64,000 nt of DNA, taken from the human T2T-CHM13v2.0 reference genome, Homo sapiens. The stretch is taken from NCBI RefSeq assembly GCF_009914755.1, contig NC_060936.1; one strand, written 5' to 3'. Positions 1 through 12,556 of the stretch are shown one piece after another. The first letter of the stretch is position 1. Every line of letters begins with the position of its first letter. A program made the translations under genes and the position numbers. Under the pieces are notes generated by a model. That model was not told where the DNA came from. It did no database searches and worked only from the letters and a program-made list of their open reading frames with translations.

Positions 1-745
<745 letters not shown>

Positions 746-1229
746 CCCAAAGTAAAAAGCAAAAGCAAAAATAAAACTGTTGTTTTTCTTTTTCCATCAT
801 GCCTTATCGTCCCTGAAGCAATAAACATGCAATACTCTAGCTGTTTCCTAAATGGGAAGAAAAATTACAGGATAAAATTTAATACATGAGCTCCCATTAA
901 AAAATATTATTCCACCACATATGCCATGTTTTAAAAGATATATTATGTTCCCTAGTGGAATGGAGGTGTATGCAAAGGAAGCTGGTATATGAGGCTGAGA
1001 TCTTATCACTTGTTTGTTCCTTTCTGTGCTGTTATTTTGTTATCTCTCAGTGACTCAATAGTTCCCAGAAAGTATGATTATATGCTTGAGACACTGTTCC
1101 CAAGCCCAGTGCTTTTGCTCTGTTCCATCAGCTGATGGCACAAACGTTCATGCACATCATGACTATGGTGATGCGTCACACTCAAACCATCTGCCTCATC
1201 TCGTCAGTCCCACCCTTGTGGAATATTTT

Positions 1230-1900
1230 TTCCTCTTGGATCCCTCTTCATGCCTCTTTAGTAGTTTTTCTTTATTTCCCCAAGTATCAACGCCAGAGAG
1301 CGCCCAGGCTCAGTCTTGGACCTCTTCTCCATCTACATTCTCATGGAGTCTTGTGGCTTTAAACATCATCTATACACCAATGTTTCTCAAATGTATATAT
1401 CCAGCCGGAGGCATCCCTCTGACTCTAGAGTCATATATCCAAATTTCTTCTTGATATTTTCTATTGGATGTATGAAATATTTCTCAAATTGAGCACATCC
1501 AAAATTAATCCTCATCTTCCTAGTGCATTTATTACAGTTTTATCTCATTAAATGGCACCATCATTCATGCAGTTGCTCAGGCCAAAATCTTTGCAATTGT
1601 TCTTGAATCTTCTCTTTTTCTTATAACTGACAGCAAGTCTATCAGTAAATCCCATCAGCTCTACTTTTAAATAACCGGAATCTGATCAATTCTGGTGACG
1701 TCAGTGCTACCTGGTCCAAACCACCATTATGTCTCTTGACTGAATTACACAACAGCCTCCTGACTGATCCCCCCTATTTCTGCTTTATTTTCTCTATAAA
1801 AGTGAGGACAGTGAGGGTAGAACCTAGAGTTTATGCACTTCTGAATCCCCAGTGTCTACAGGATTGTGAACATGTATCATGAGCTCAAAAAAATATTTGA
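1230..1900 (+). mobile_element. L2 3' region
   Basis: L2-typical segments such as ggctttaaacatcatctata, cagttgctcaggccaaaa, atcagtaaatcccatcagctctac, aacagcctcctgactg. Confidence 0.75.
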
Positions 1901-1902
1901 TG

Positions 1903-2192
1903 GGACGGTCATGGTGGCTCACGCTTCTAACCCCAGCACTTTGGGAGGTTGAGGTGAGTGGATCACTTGAGCCCAGGAGTTGGAGACCAGCCTAGGTGAC
2001 TTGACGAAATGCTGTCTCTGCAGAAAATACAAAAATTAGCAGGCATGATGATGCATGCCTGTAGTCCCAACTAAGTGGGAGGCTGAGGTGGGAGGGTTGT
2101 CTGAACTCAGGCGGCAGAGGTTGCAATAAACTGAGATCCTGCTACTGCACTCCTGCCTAGGTGACAAAGCCAGACCCTGTATGAAAAAAAAA
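1903..2192 (+). mobile_element. AluJ
   Basis: Dimeric Alu with gatcacttgagcccaggag (J-type) and A tail. Confidence 0.9.
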
Positions 2193-3535
2193 CCCCATAT
2201 ATATAACTACATAATGGAATATATATATATAAATATAAAATGAATGAATCCTTTATGTAGCCTTTCACTTTAAATATTTTCTTCTAAAAATTTTTCGAAG
2301 AAATAAGGATATTGAAACATTATTGTTTTAAATCAAAATTCCTGCTTGAAGATTCAAGAGAATTTGTGTGTTTGGGGAAAAGGAGTGTCTGACATTTTGA
2401 GCTTCCATTACCCTGGTTCTCAGGCACCAAAAGGCTTGGAAAGCTGATGCAGGATAAATTCTGGGGAAAGAGACATTTGAGTGGATAATTTATATCATAA
2501 CCTTGTTTACAAGCACAAAGAGAAGGCTGAACTTAGGACATGCTCTTTACAAAACTTTCCAATTGGAATCAAATCTAGATCTTAAGTTTTCTGTTGTCTG
2601 AAGGGACAGCACAGTATGCTCAACCAAAAATACACTGTTCCCTTGAAAGCTGTTGTCATCATAAAACACTGTTTAAGAACACAGGTGCCACCTCATATTT
2701 TTAGCTCTTGGTTTTGGATGAGAGCAGCGATGAGAGATTTATGTGCCTGTCAAACAAGGACAAGATAAAGCATATTCTCCTGGTGCCTCATATATTTTCC
2801 TCATATATTTTTAGTTACATATTTTGCTCATGGTGCTGGTGATATCTCCTTTTTTTTTGGTGTCTGTCTTCTCACTCTGCTTTGATTCATATTAATTACT
2901 AGGAGACAAAGATGTCATTGCTGTGAGCCAGACTGAAAGAAATTTAGAAGTGAAGGAGAACATCATTTCCTAGGATGCAGACTTCTCTTTCTTATACAAT
3001 CAATTATCAAAATGTAGCCTATGTATGACAGACATAGAGATATGCTATGCAGGTGAAATTACTGTGCACAATCTCTGGCTTTTTAACACCTGGAAAGTTT
3101 AAAAGAAATGGCTTTTGTTATTTATTATTGAGTATTCCTAATGATTCAATAGCAGTCAGAGTTGATGAATACCTGGACTCCAAGTCTCTCAGCAGCTAAA
3201 TGTTTGATTTGCATTGTGCCTGAGCTTTGGAGAGCTGGAAAAGATTTCAGCACCTAGAGGATAAGTTGGGCTATGAATTTATGTGTTTGTTGCTATGGTA
3301 ATTTATATTGGCATCATTTCAATACCCTCCTCAAACTTGGGCATTTCATGACAATGTGACACCTTTACATAATTTAACAACAAGCTGTGTGCATGAGAAC
3401 TTAAAAATCCATTTGAAATATTCCAGAAAATATTAAATCAAGTGGGAATAAATCATTTCAAGCTTGAGATGTATAATCACTTGAACTATGAGAGTGGACA
3501 TTCCCTGAAAGTGATTTTATAAATGTAAGCATTAC

Positions 3536-3833
<298 letters not shown>

Positions 3834-5239
3834 ACATTACTTCTGATAAATGATGTAAAACTGTGATTTTTCTGTAAAGGGAATACCTTTGCATCCAGAC
3901 CAGATTGCCCCCTCCCCACTTTCAAGTAGGCAAAAGAAAACACGTATTTGCTAATGATTAGGACATGTGGCAGGAAGAACTTTTTCACAGGCTTCAGTGA
4001 TATATTCATAATCACTGACCACAAGACCACGGGACACTAGTTTTTGGCATGGATACTGCTTATTTAAAGATGTAATTACTACAGACTGAATTTGTGTCCA
4101 AAATGCTGCCAATAGGTTAAATTGACAATGGTGTTAGTCCTGATCATGATTAAATTATTTACATTCCTGTATATTCTTTTTTTCCTCTTTTTAACTCAAA
4201 CGTTTTTTGTTAAGAAAACAACATCAGTATTATTCCCTGGTGTGTCATTTTTCACTGGGATGAATGGCATAGTTTACATTTGTCATTATTCTGATTTTAT
4301 TCTAATGCTATTAGTATTTTCTTGCATCAAAGATAAATATGTTTATATAACCAAGATAAACCTTGATTAACGCAGGGTTGAAATTAATTTCAGAGTTAGG
4401 AGAAAATGTCAGCTGCGCACCATGCTGTAAACAGGTTTCCCCAAGTGTCATGCTCCCATTCAGGACCATACAACCAGGCCATCAGTGATGTCCTTCATGC
4501 AAGCATCATATTTTGTTTTCAGAGCTGAGCCTAAAAGATGATTTGAAATAATGAATACATCGATAAAGCCTTTATAGATACAAGTCAGAATTGTTCTCTC
4601 CTTAATTTCTGCATACTGTTTAACCTTTTGACTCTACCACACATTAAGCTGTGCCTTGTGTTAGAGTTAAAGTGAGCATTTCTATCCTTTTCAATCCTGA
4701 ACACCTGGAAAAATAGTTTATTGCTCAACTCTTGTGTCCCAGTAACCTAGCCCAACTCTTCACTGTACATAGTAGGTTCACAGTCAACATTTTTGAAATT
4801 ACCTCTTGGAATTCTAAGCCTCTTGGCGTTTCAAGGATGAGATTTGTATGCCTTTTCTTCAGGAGATGTGAATAAGCATGACAGGAGAACAATAAATACT
4901 TATCATCTTGTTTTAAAATCTTGAGTAAGTGAGTACTTCCATACTTATCAAATTACTGGGGTCTATGAGCGATATATTAAATATCAACCCAGTAAATTAT
5001 CTTCTGTTTCCTTTTCATTAAGAACAGGAAAAATATAGACACACATTTCTAGGAGTTACTGGCTAGTTTCTTTCTTGATATACATGATGTCATCTTCAGA
5101 TGACTGGCTGGCAGCCATGCTGGAGGATACACAATGGTGTCAGGACTTTTGGCTGCCTCTTCAGGTAAGTGAGACCCCATGGACTAGTTTTAAGCTTAAC
5201 TAGCCCTGTGTGGCATTTCATGTTAATCCTGGGTCTCGA

Positions 5240-5836
5240 GACACCCTTGCAAAGTTAGAAATGCTAAGGGCACGGTGCTGTGTATTTGCACTGCACTATT
5301 TTTTTTGATTCCCTTTGCCTCTCTAGCCTGGCTGCTTCCATAGAGTCTCCTGCCTCATGCTTTGCTGAGTGGATGACAGGTGTAGTGAGGCTGGCTGGCA
5401 TTAAGATGATTAGATCAAAGTGAAGGCTTAGGCCACAGCTGGAGCTATCAGAATCTGTTTCCTGCAAATATAGACTTAGAGATTTACTATTCAGTCTCTG
5501 TTTGACATTTGCAAGAAAAAGCCAGGGTCGAGGTGGCCAGGTTTGAGTCATATGCAATGGGATCAGAGAAAGCTTGTCTGCACAGAGAGAAAAGAATGAG
5601 GAGGAGAATCAGAGAGAAACAGAGGAAGAAAGAGATCAGGAATCTCTAGAAACAAGGATGGACAAAGGAACTGTCTTGTTTATTGGGAGTTATTACTTTC
5701 TAAATCCTAGCTCTTGTGAGGTCCAGTCACACTTTTTTTTTTAGGAAGTGTAATACACATATTTCTAATAAACCCCCTTTCTATGCAGCAAGCCAAAGCA
5801 GGTTCTATTCCTTGAAAACAAATCAACTCCTGGCTA
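5240..5836 (+). mobile_element. Ancient ERVL/MaLR-type LTR remnant (family uncertain)
   Basis: LTR-like 3' end aataaacccccttt...ggttctattccttg...ctcctggctaa; boundaries approximate. Confidence 0.3.
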
Positions 5837-6075
5837 AGTCAAATCAATTTCTAAGCTAAACCTCTGCAGTGTGTCTCTTCCCTCCTCAGTAAGCCTCAAG
5901 TGAACTCTGATGCCCTCTCATGGATTCTCTCTGCAGGAGACGTGTCTCCAGGTGTCTGCCTGTCTGCTTTGATATCTGGTGCTATGAGATCCTGGTTTTA
6001 GAGATCTTCAATCCAGGGAAATTGAATACTTTCTGTTTGGTTGATGGCTAATGGCAGAACATTTTAACAAATATA

Positions 6076-6412
6076 TAGACAGTCCCCAGCTTACAACGTC
6101 TCCGCTTAATGATTTTTTGACTTTATGATGATGTGAAAGCAATATGTATTCAGTAGAAATTGTACTTTGAGTACCTGTACAACCATTTTATTTTTCACTT
6201 TCAGTATTCAATAAATTTCATGAGATATTCAACACTTTATTATAAAATATGCTTGTTAGATGGTTTTACCCAACTGTAGGCTAAAGTAAGTGTTCTGAGC
6301 ATGTTTTAGGTCAGCTAGGCTAAGATAATTGGTAAGTTAGGCATATTAAATGCATTTTCTACTTACAATGGGTTTATTGGGACATAGCCCCATTGTAAGT
6401 CATGAAGCTTGG
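6076..6412 (-). mobile_element. MER47A-like TcMar-Tigger DNA transposon
   Basis: Matches recalled MER47A consensus (cccaactgtaggctaa, gtgttctgagcatg, ttaaatgcattttc, cccattgtaagt). Confidence 0.8.
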
Positions 6413-6537
6413 TACTGATCTAATCATCAGGTGATCCATCTTCTAGAACATTAATGAATGAGCCACATATGTGCTTATTTATTGGAAAGCAGGACACATA
6501 TTGATTAATGTGCACAAGTCCGTTTCATGATTAGGGG

Positions 6538-7262
6538 TGGTATGGTTTGGATCTGTGTCCCCACCAAATCTCATGTCAAATTGTGATCCTGTTTTGAAGG
6601 TGGGGCACGGTGGGAGGTGACTGGATCCTGGGGGTGGAGTTCTCATGAATAGTTTCGCATCATCCCCTTGGTGCTGTTCTTGCGAGAGTGAGTGAGTTAT
6701 CATGAGATCTGGTTGTTTAAAAGTGTATAGCACCTCCCCTCTCTCGCTTTGCCTCCTGCTCCAGCCATGTAAGATGTGCCTGCTTTCCTTTTGCCTTCTG
6801 TCATGTTTGTAAGTTTCTTGAGGTCTCCCCGGATGCAAAAGCTGCTATGCTTCCTGTAGAGCCTGCAGATCCATGAGCCAATTAAACCTGTTTTCTTTAT
6901 AAATTACTCAGTCTCAGGCATTTCTTTTTTTTTTTTTTTTAGACGGAGTCTCACTCTGTCGCCCAGGCTGGAGTGCAGCGGCATGATCTCCACTCACTGC
7001 AAGCTCTGCCCCCCGAGTTCACGCCATTCTCCTGCCTCAGCCTCCTGAGTAGCTGGGACTACAGGCACCCACCACCACACCCAGCTAATTTTTTTGTATT
7101 TTTAGTAGAGACGGGGTTTCACCGTGTTAGCCAGGATGGTCTTGATCTCCTGACCTCGTGATCTGCCCACCTCGGCCTCCCAATGTGCTGGGATTACAGG
7201 CATGAGACACCGCACCCGGCCAGTCTCAGGTATTTCTTTATAGTAGTGTGAGAACTAATACA
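6538..7262 (+). mobile_element. MSTA-like MaLR solo LTR, split by an AluY
   Basis: Starts tggtatggtttgg, has attaaacc polyA signal, ends gaactaataca. Confidence 0.88.
6925..7221 (-). mobile_element. AluY
   Basis: Y diagnostics; TSD agtctcagg(c/t)atttc at 6910-6924 and 7222-7236. Confidence 0.93.
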
Positions 7263-7369
7263 TGGGGTTAATCATGTAAACATCACATATAGTAGAATAC
7301 TCATTATTTATCCATATTTAATATTCCTTTAATGATAATGTATTTTGTTATTTTACAGATATGGCTGTA

Positions 7370-7632
7370 TAGAATTTTTCACTAAGAGTTATGGATGCTG
7401 GAACCTACCCAGGTTTGATTTCCTGCTCTGCCATTCATTAATTGTCTGACTTGGGCAAGGCAAGTCACTTAACCCATGCCTGTTTCCTAATGTGTAAATT
7501 AGGACAATAACATCTAGTTCGTAGGGTTTTTTTGTTGTCCATTGCTTCTTTTTTACCTTTAAATGAGTTATTATGTTTAAAGCACACTAAACACTGCCTG
7601 GCACATAGTGTTTGATAACTATTAACTATATT
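7370..7632 (+). mobile_element. MIR
   Basis: MIR core gacttgggcaag..tcacttaacc..tgtttcct..tgtaaa and 3' tgcctggcacatag. Confidence 0.75.
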
Positions 7633-8841
7633 GCTGTCAGGTTAAATGATTAAGTCACAAAACTAGTAAATGGCAGATTTAAATAAACAGTTTAACCATA
7701 ATAATCTTTTGCACTTTTATTGTATTTTAGAAATATCCAAGGACTCTCATATTAATTAATTCCTTGTAGCCCCAAACAGTTTTTGGCTATAGAGGCTAAG
7801 CCCCATATTACAGTTGAGGATATGGAAGTTGAAAGAAATAAAAAGATGGCTCAAGTTTATATAAGTAGTATATATCAAAAACCTTCATGTTTTTTTCCAG
7901 TCTCCTAGTGCAATGTTGATTCTGCTTTACCACATATGTATTTTAGAAAGATGTCAGCTTTGTTGCTTAATTACAATATATAAAAGGTAGGGGTCCTCTT
8001 TTATTTAAGCATTCCAGTGAACTTTAATAACAGAAATGCTGAGAGAAGGGTTTGTTCTAGCGAACTGAGAATTAAGAAGAAAAGTCCTGCATTGTTAGAT
8101 CTTAATGAAGTAAAGTTTAAATGAGATAGGTCCATTTCCTGTGGTAGGGAGTAGAGGATAACTCATCATAACTCGCTCTCTTTGATACCCCATGATCATC
8201 ATTTTGAAGACTGCAGTTCTCATCTCATAGGCCTGCAGATAGTAATGTACAAAGAAACAAGAGATGAAATAATTGTTCCCTGAACCACTTGTTCCCCAAA
8301 TTCTCTTATAAACAAGTCACCTTATGTCACCCTATATACTTTACAAATGTCTCCTCTTCTAAAAATGGAATTAATGGCCTTGGCTAGTCATGACTTCACT
8401 CTGCTGTCCTGTGAGGCCCAGATCTGTATAACACTAGGCTTGTCCACACCCAGCACGAAGTGAGTTATATGTGTAGATATCTGCCCCTCACTCACAGCTA
8501 TAGGAGGAGTTCCTGTTTATAGAGTAGGAAGTGGTTTGGAAGAAGCAGAGCACAGACTTATTAATTTCAATAAATATTGAATCATCCCATCTATCCATCA
8601 TCCCATATAGCCCAGCACATGGTAATGATAATTCTTTCAACAAATACTTACCAAGAATGTGCTCTATTTTAAGAGTTGTGCTAGCAATGGATGCTGGGAA
8701 TAGAGCAAGTAACTTGTTTGAAATGTGAAGGATGTACAGGAGTCAGCTATACACAAGAGAAAAGAGGTAGAGCTTATAATTCAAGTGATATTTAAACTGA
8801 AACTAGTTGACTGATATGATCCCATAGTTAAGTGTGCTTTA

Positions 8842-8903
8842 TGGTTTGAGTCCTAGTTGAGTTTAATGATTTTGGTTTGAATCCTAGTTGAGTTTAATGA
8901 TTT
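8842..8903. repeat. 31-bp tandem duplication (2 copies, 1 mismatch)
   Basis: tggtttga(g/a)tcctagttgagtttaatgattt at 8842-8872 and 8873-8903. Confidence 0.95.
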
Positions 8904-9589
8904 TGCCCTTTTTTCCAGAGCTGGATAAAAAGAGGAGAGCTAGAAATATCTTGACATTGGGAGAGATTCATAAATTCTGTGAATGTAGAATAATAAATTC
9001 TCTTTTATCCACAACCCTATTTTAAGCATCACAACTCTATTTCTTTCATTGCTGGATAATTATGGCACAGGCTAATACAGCAAAGGCAATACATGGGCAC
9101 TTCCTTTCTGTCCATTGCAAGTCTGAGTGTTCCCCATTCTTTAGAGCAGGCCAGTGACTGCAAAATTATGCATAAGTAAACCCCTTTGAAAGTTCCTGAA
9201 GGACTTCATTGTTTTATTGAGAAAACAAAAGCATTGGCTATTTCTGGTATTTTTGCTCAATAATGTCTATACATGCAAATGTGAGATATTTCATATAAAC
9301 ATGTACGTATGTTAAGTATGTATATGTTTATGGGCATGTGTGTATATAATTTAAAACGTTAGTTTTGTTTTCAATGTATCAATGAAACTTTAAGATCTCT
9401 AAGTACAGGAAAGAGTTCATTTTTGCAAGTCATATGAAGAGAAATACTGAAAATTTTCATGTTTCAGATTTCCCATCTTCTAGGAGTACTACACGCAGTT
9501 ATTTCTATAAAGTAAATTAAAAGCTCCGCTTCCCTAAGAAAGCTCAGTTCAAACAGGCGACCAGGTCCTCTTCCGTAAGGGTTCTTGGA

Positions 9590-9597
9590 TGACGTCA
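9590..9597. promoter_or_regulatory. Full palindromic CRE (TGACGTCA)
   Basis: Exact motif in unique sequence ~450 bp from the CpG island; function untested. Confidence 0.45.
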
Positions 9598-10473
9598 ATC
9601 GTCAAATACTGGGGAGAAACATCAGGAACAAACGGGTAACAGAAATGTGGCAGAAGCAATTTTCTCCCTATCATTAGATCCTGCCATTGTTATCACAGCA
9701 GGAGTATTTTCAGAAGATGAATCTCGTTTGGGGTTTTCTAAGTGTCTGAGCTTGAGGAGTTTTTCCATACATCTATGGATGTGTTTCCCAGCAGTGGTGT
9801 CAGGTATGCTTGTGCTTAAATATGCTAATGGGAGCACCCCAGCTGGGAGGGGATGCTGCAGGTGCAGAGGAGCGGAGGGGGACCCGCTGGAGCTGCTCCT
9901 GGAGCAAACGGAGGTGTGAGGTCGCATCTCAGGTAGAGAGGAGGCTGCACCCGGAGCTTGGTGCTGGAGGAGGAAACACCGAGCAGGAGAGCACAGATGC
10001 AGTGGGCGAGGCTTCTGGAAAACCTTGGCTACCTCAATGTTCTCTGAAATGAGAGGCAATTGGCGTGAATCCAGAACCGGGTCAGCGAATCCCTAGGGTC
10101 CCACTTTGGCTTGACGTTCACGGAATTCCCAGGTAGGCCTCAAGAGGAACGGATCCTGCATCCTGAGCTCTGGGACTCGCGGGCTCTGGAGCTCCCGTTG
10201 CGTTCAGGCCCCGGGTGCTGCGGCGGGCGCACTCCTAGGCAGGGAGAGGGGTGGCCGCCGTCTCCGAAGCCCGTTTCTTGCCGGGATGCCTGGAGGAAGT
10301 GGTTTCTGGGTCTGAATCCGGTGAGCGCGGCCTCGTCCTCTTCCCGCCAACTCCCCGCCCTCGAGGAGCGCCCGCCTCCCACCAGGGGCCAGGTCTCCCT
10401 CGGGACGCCCCGCGACTCCGGGCCGCGGGTTTCTGGAATCCATGGGGGCACGGCCCACTCCCGGACGCTCCTT

Positions 10474-10504
10474 CCCCGCCCCCAGCCCCAACCCCGGCGT
10501 CCCC
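10474..10504 (-). other. G-quadruplex motif
   Basis: Minus strand reads GGGG-ACGCC-GGGG-TT-GGGG-CT-GGGGG-C-GGGG (five runs of at least 4 G, short loops). Confidence 0.7.
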
Positions 10505-10609
10505 GCAGCGGCTGCATGTGCAGTTGGAGGGAGCGGGTCAAAGCCTGGCAGGACGCGCTCCCAATCCCGCCATTCTCTGCACCACTCGCGATAGGACCAA
10601 GAGGATCCT

Positions 10610-10793
10610 GCGCAGGCGCAGAGCGGAGGCCGAGGTGGCGGTGACGCAGGGCCCAGCGCTCCCTGAAGGGTCAAAGCTCAATCCGAGCGCAGGCGCAGAG
10701 CGGAGGCCGAGGTGGCCGCGGGGCGGGGCAGAAGGGCTCCTGTGGGGCCCAGATAGTTTCCTCGCGCAGGTGCAGAAGCCAGGCTGCGGTGCT
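10610..10793. promoter_or_regulatory. 77-bp-period array of NRF1-like motifs
   Basis: gcgcaggcgcagagcggaggccgaggtggc identical at 10610-10639 and 10687-10716; degenerate third copy (21/30) at 10764-10793. Confidence 0.75.
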
Positions 10794-11399
10794 GGAGTGG
10801 CGGGTTGCGGGCCCAGGAATCTTCTGGGAGCAGCTGGGGTGGATTGTTATAGTTTTTTAAAAGTGGCTTTGAACGTTTTTACAGATGTTGGCCTTAAGAA
10901 ACAGCAGTTTGTGCAAACAAAGGATTCCCTTTTCACAGTAGCTGAGCCGGCTATTAACTAGGCCGGAAGGCTGGGGAGGGAGTTGTAGATACCTGGGCAA
11001 ATTGGCTTTCTGCTTTATTTTTATGTTAATTTCAAGTAATTCTTGATTGGATCTCAGCTTAAACTGCTCCACCATTTTTTTACGTTTTGGTAACATTTAA
11101 GTACTCATTTCCAACATGTAAGGTTTCCAGTTTTGGGGAGAGTGATAGAATTGAAAACAAAATCGCCTCCCTACTCAGATAACCTCTTTACAAAAATAGT
11201 GGAGAAAGAAAACAGAATAGAGAAAAAACAAAACAAACAAAAAACAGGAAAAAAATAGAGAAAACAGTTTTATTATAGAATAAGCATTCAATCAGCATGT
11301 GATGTGCACCACGTGCAATTTGTTACCAGAAAGGAGTCCTGATCCAGATCCCAAGAGAAGGTTCTTGGGCCTCATGGAAGAGTCAGAAAGTGAAGGAAT

Positions 11400-11687
11400 G
11401 TGTGGTGGCTCACACCTGTAATCCCAGCACTTTGGGAGGCCAAGGCAGGCAGATTGCTTGAGCTCAAGAGTTCAAGACCAGTCTGGGCAACATGGTGAGA
11501 CCCCATCTCTACAAAAAATATAAAAATTAGCCAGGTGTGGTCGTGTACATCTGTAGTCCCAGCTCCTCGGAAAGCTGAGGCAAGAGAATCACTTTAGCCT
11601 GAGAGGCAGAGGTTGCAGTGAGTTGACATCCTGCGGCTGCTCTCCAGCCTGAGTGATAGAACTAGACCTTGTCCCCTCACCAAAAAA
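11400..11687 (+). mobile_element. AluJ inside MER41B
   Basis: gattgcttgagctcaagag, gggcaacatggtgagacc; slightly 5' truncated. Confidence 0.85.
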
Positions 11688-11934
11688 GTAAAGGAATAAA
11701 GAATGGCCACTCCATGGCAGAGCAGCAGCATGGGCTGCTGGACTAAGGATACTTGTAGTTATTTCTTGATAATATACTAAACAAGGGGTAGATAAGTTTT
11801 CCAGGAAAGGAGTGGGCAATTCCCCAAACTGAAGGTTCTTCCCCCTTTTAGACCCATATAGGGTAACTTCCTGACATTGCCATGGCATTTGTGAACTGTC
11901 ATGACGCTGGAGGGAGTGCCTCTTAGCATGCTAA

Positions 11935-12556
11935 TGTTACAGGACCCCACCACTTAGCCTTTGGGTCAGGGGTTTCTGCACTCTAGTCCCTTCTGTGGTT
12001 GCCAGGAAGATATTACAGGAAAGGGGTCCCAATCCAGAGCCCAAGAGAGGGTTCTTGGATCCAAGAAAGAATTCAAGGCAAGTCCATAGAGTAAAGTGAA
12101 AGCAAGTTAAGAAAGCAGTGGAATCAAAGAATGGCTACTGCATAGACAGAGCAGCCCCAAGGGCTCCTGGTTGCCTATTTTTTACAGTTATTTCTTGATG
12201 ATGTGCTATATAAAGGGTGGATTCTTCATGCTTCCCCTTTTTAGACCATATAGAGTAACTTCCTGCCATTGCCATGGCATTTGTAAACTGTCATGGCACT
12301 GGTGGGAGTGTGGTAAGTGAGGATGACCAGAGGTGACTCTCGTCATCATCTTGTTTTTGGTGGATTTTCTCTGGCTTCTTTACTGCGACCTGTTTTATCA
12401 GTAAGGTCTTTATGACCTGTGTCTTGTCCTGACCTTCTGTCTCATCCTGTGACTTAGAATGCCTTAACAGTCTGGGAATGCAGCCCAGTAGGTTTCAGCC
12501 TCATTTTACCTAGCCCCATTCAAGATGGAGTTGCTCTGGTTCACATGCCTCTGACA
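11935..12556 (-). mobile_element. MER41A-like solo LTR nested in MER41B
   Basis: tgttac...ctctgaca with 4-bp TSD ctaa (11931-11934, 12557-12560); lacks the GAS segment. Confidence 0.85.

Larger units (their letters stand above)
10060..10815. promoter_or_regulatory. CpG island / promoter (orientation unresolved, possibly bidirectional)
   Basis: Abrupt GC- and CpG-rich unique segment with ETS core aggaagtg (~10294-10301), candidate + strand donor CCG|GTGAGC at 10320/10321, GC box ggggcgggg 10720-10728 and NRF1-like motifs. Confidence 0.85.

Noticed and set aside
9468-9511. Possible + strand micro-exon (tttcag|...|gtaaat)
   Set aside because: Weak donor, no supporting neighbouring exons or coding signal
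10610-10793. CRISPR-like repeat-spacer pattern (30-bp repeat, 47-bp spacers)
   Set aside because: Primate DNA, only two exact repeats, spacers resemble each other, no cas genes; better explained as a promoter tandem repeat
10111-10961. Long overlapping ORFs (133-236 aa) on both strands
   Set aside because: Expected stop-codon scarcity in a GC-rich island; low-complexity P/G/R/A peptides with no recognisable domain
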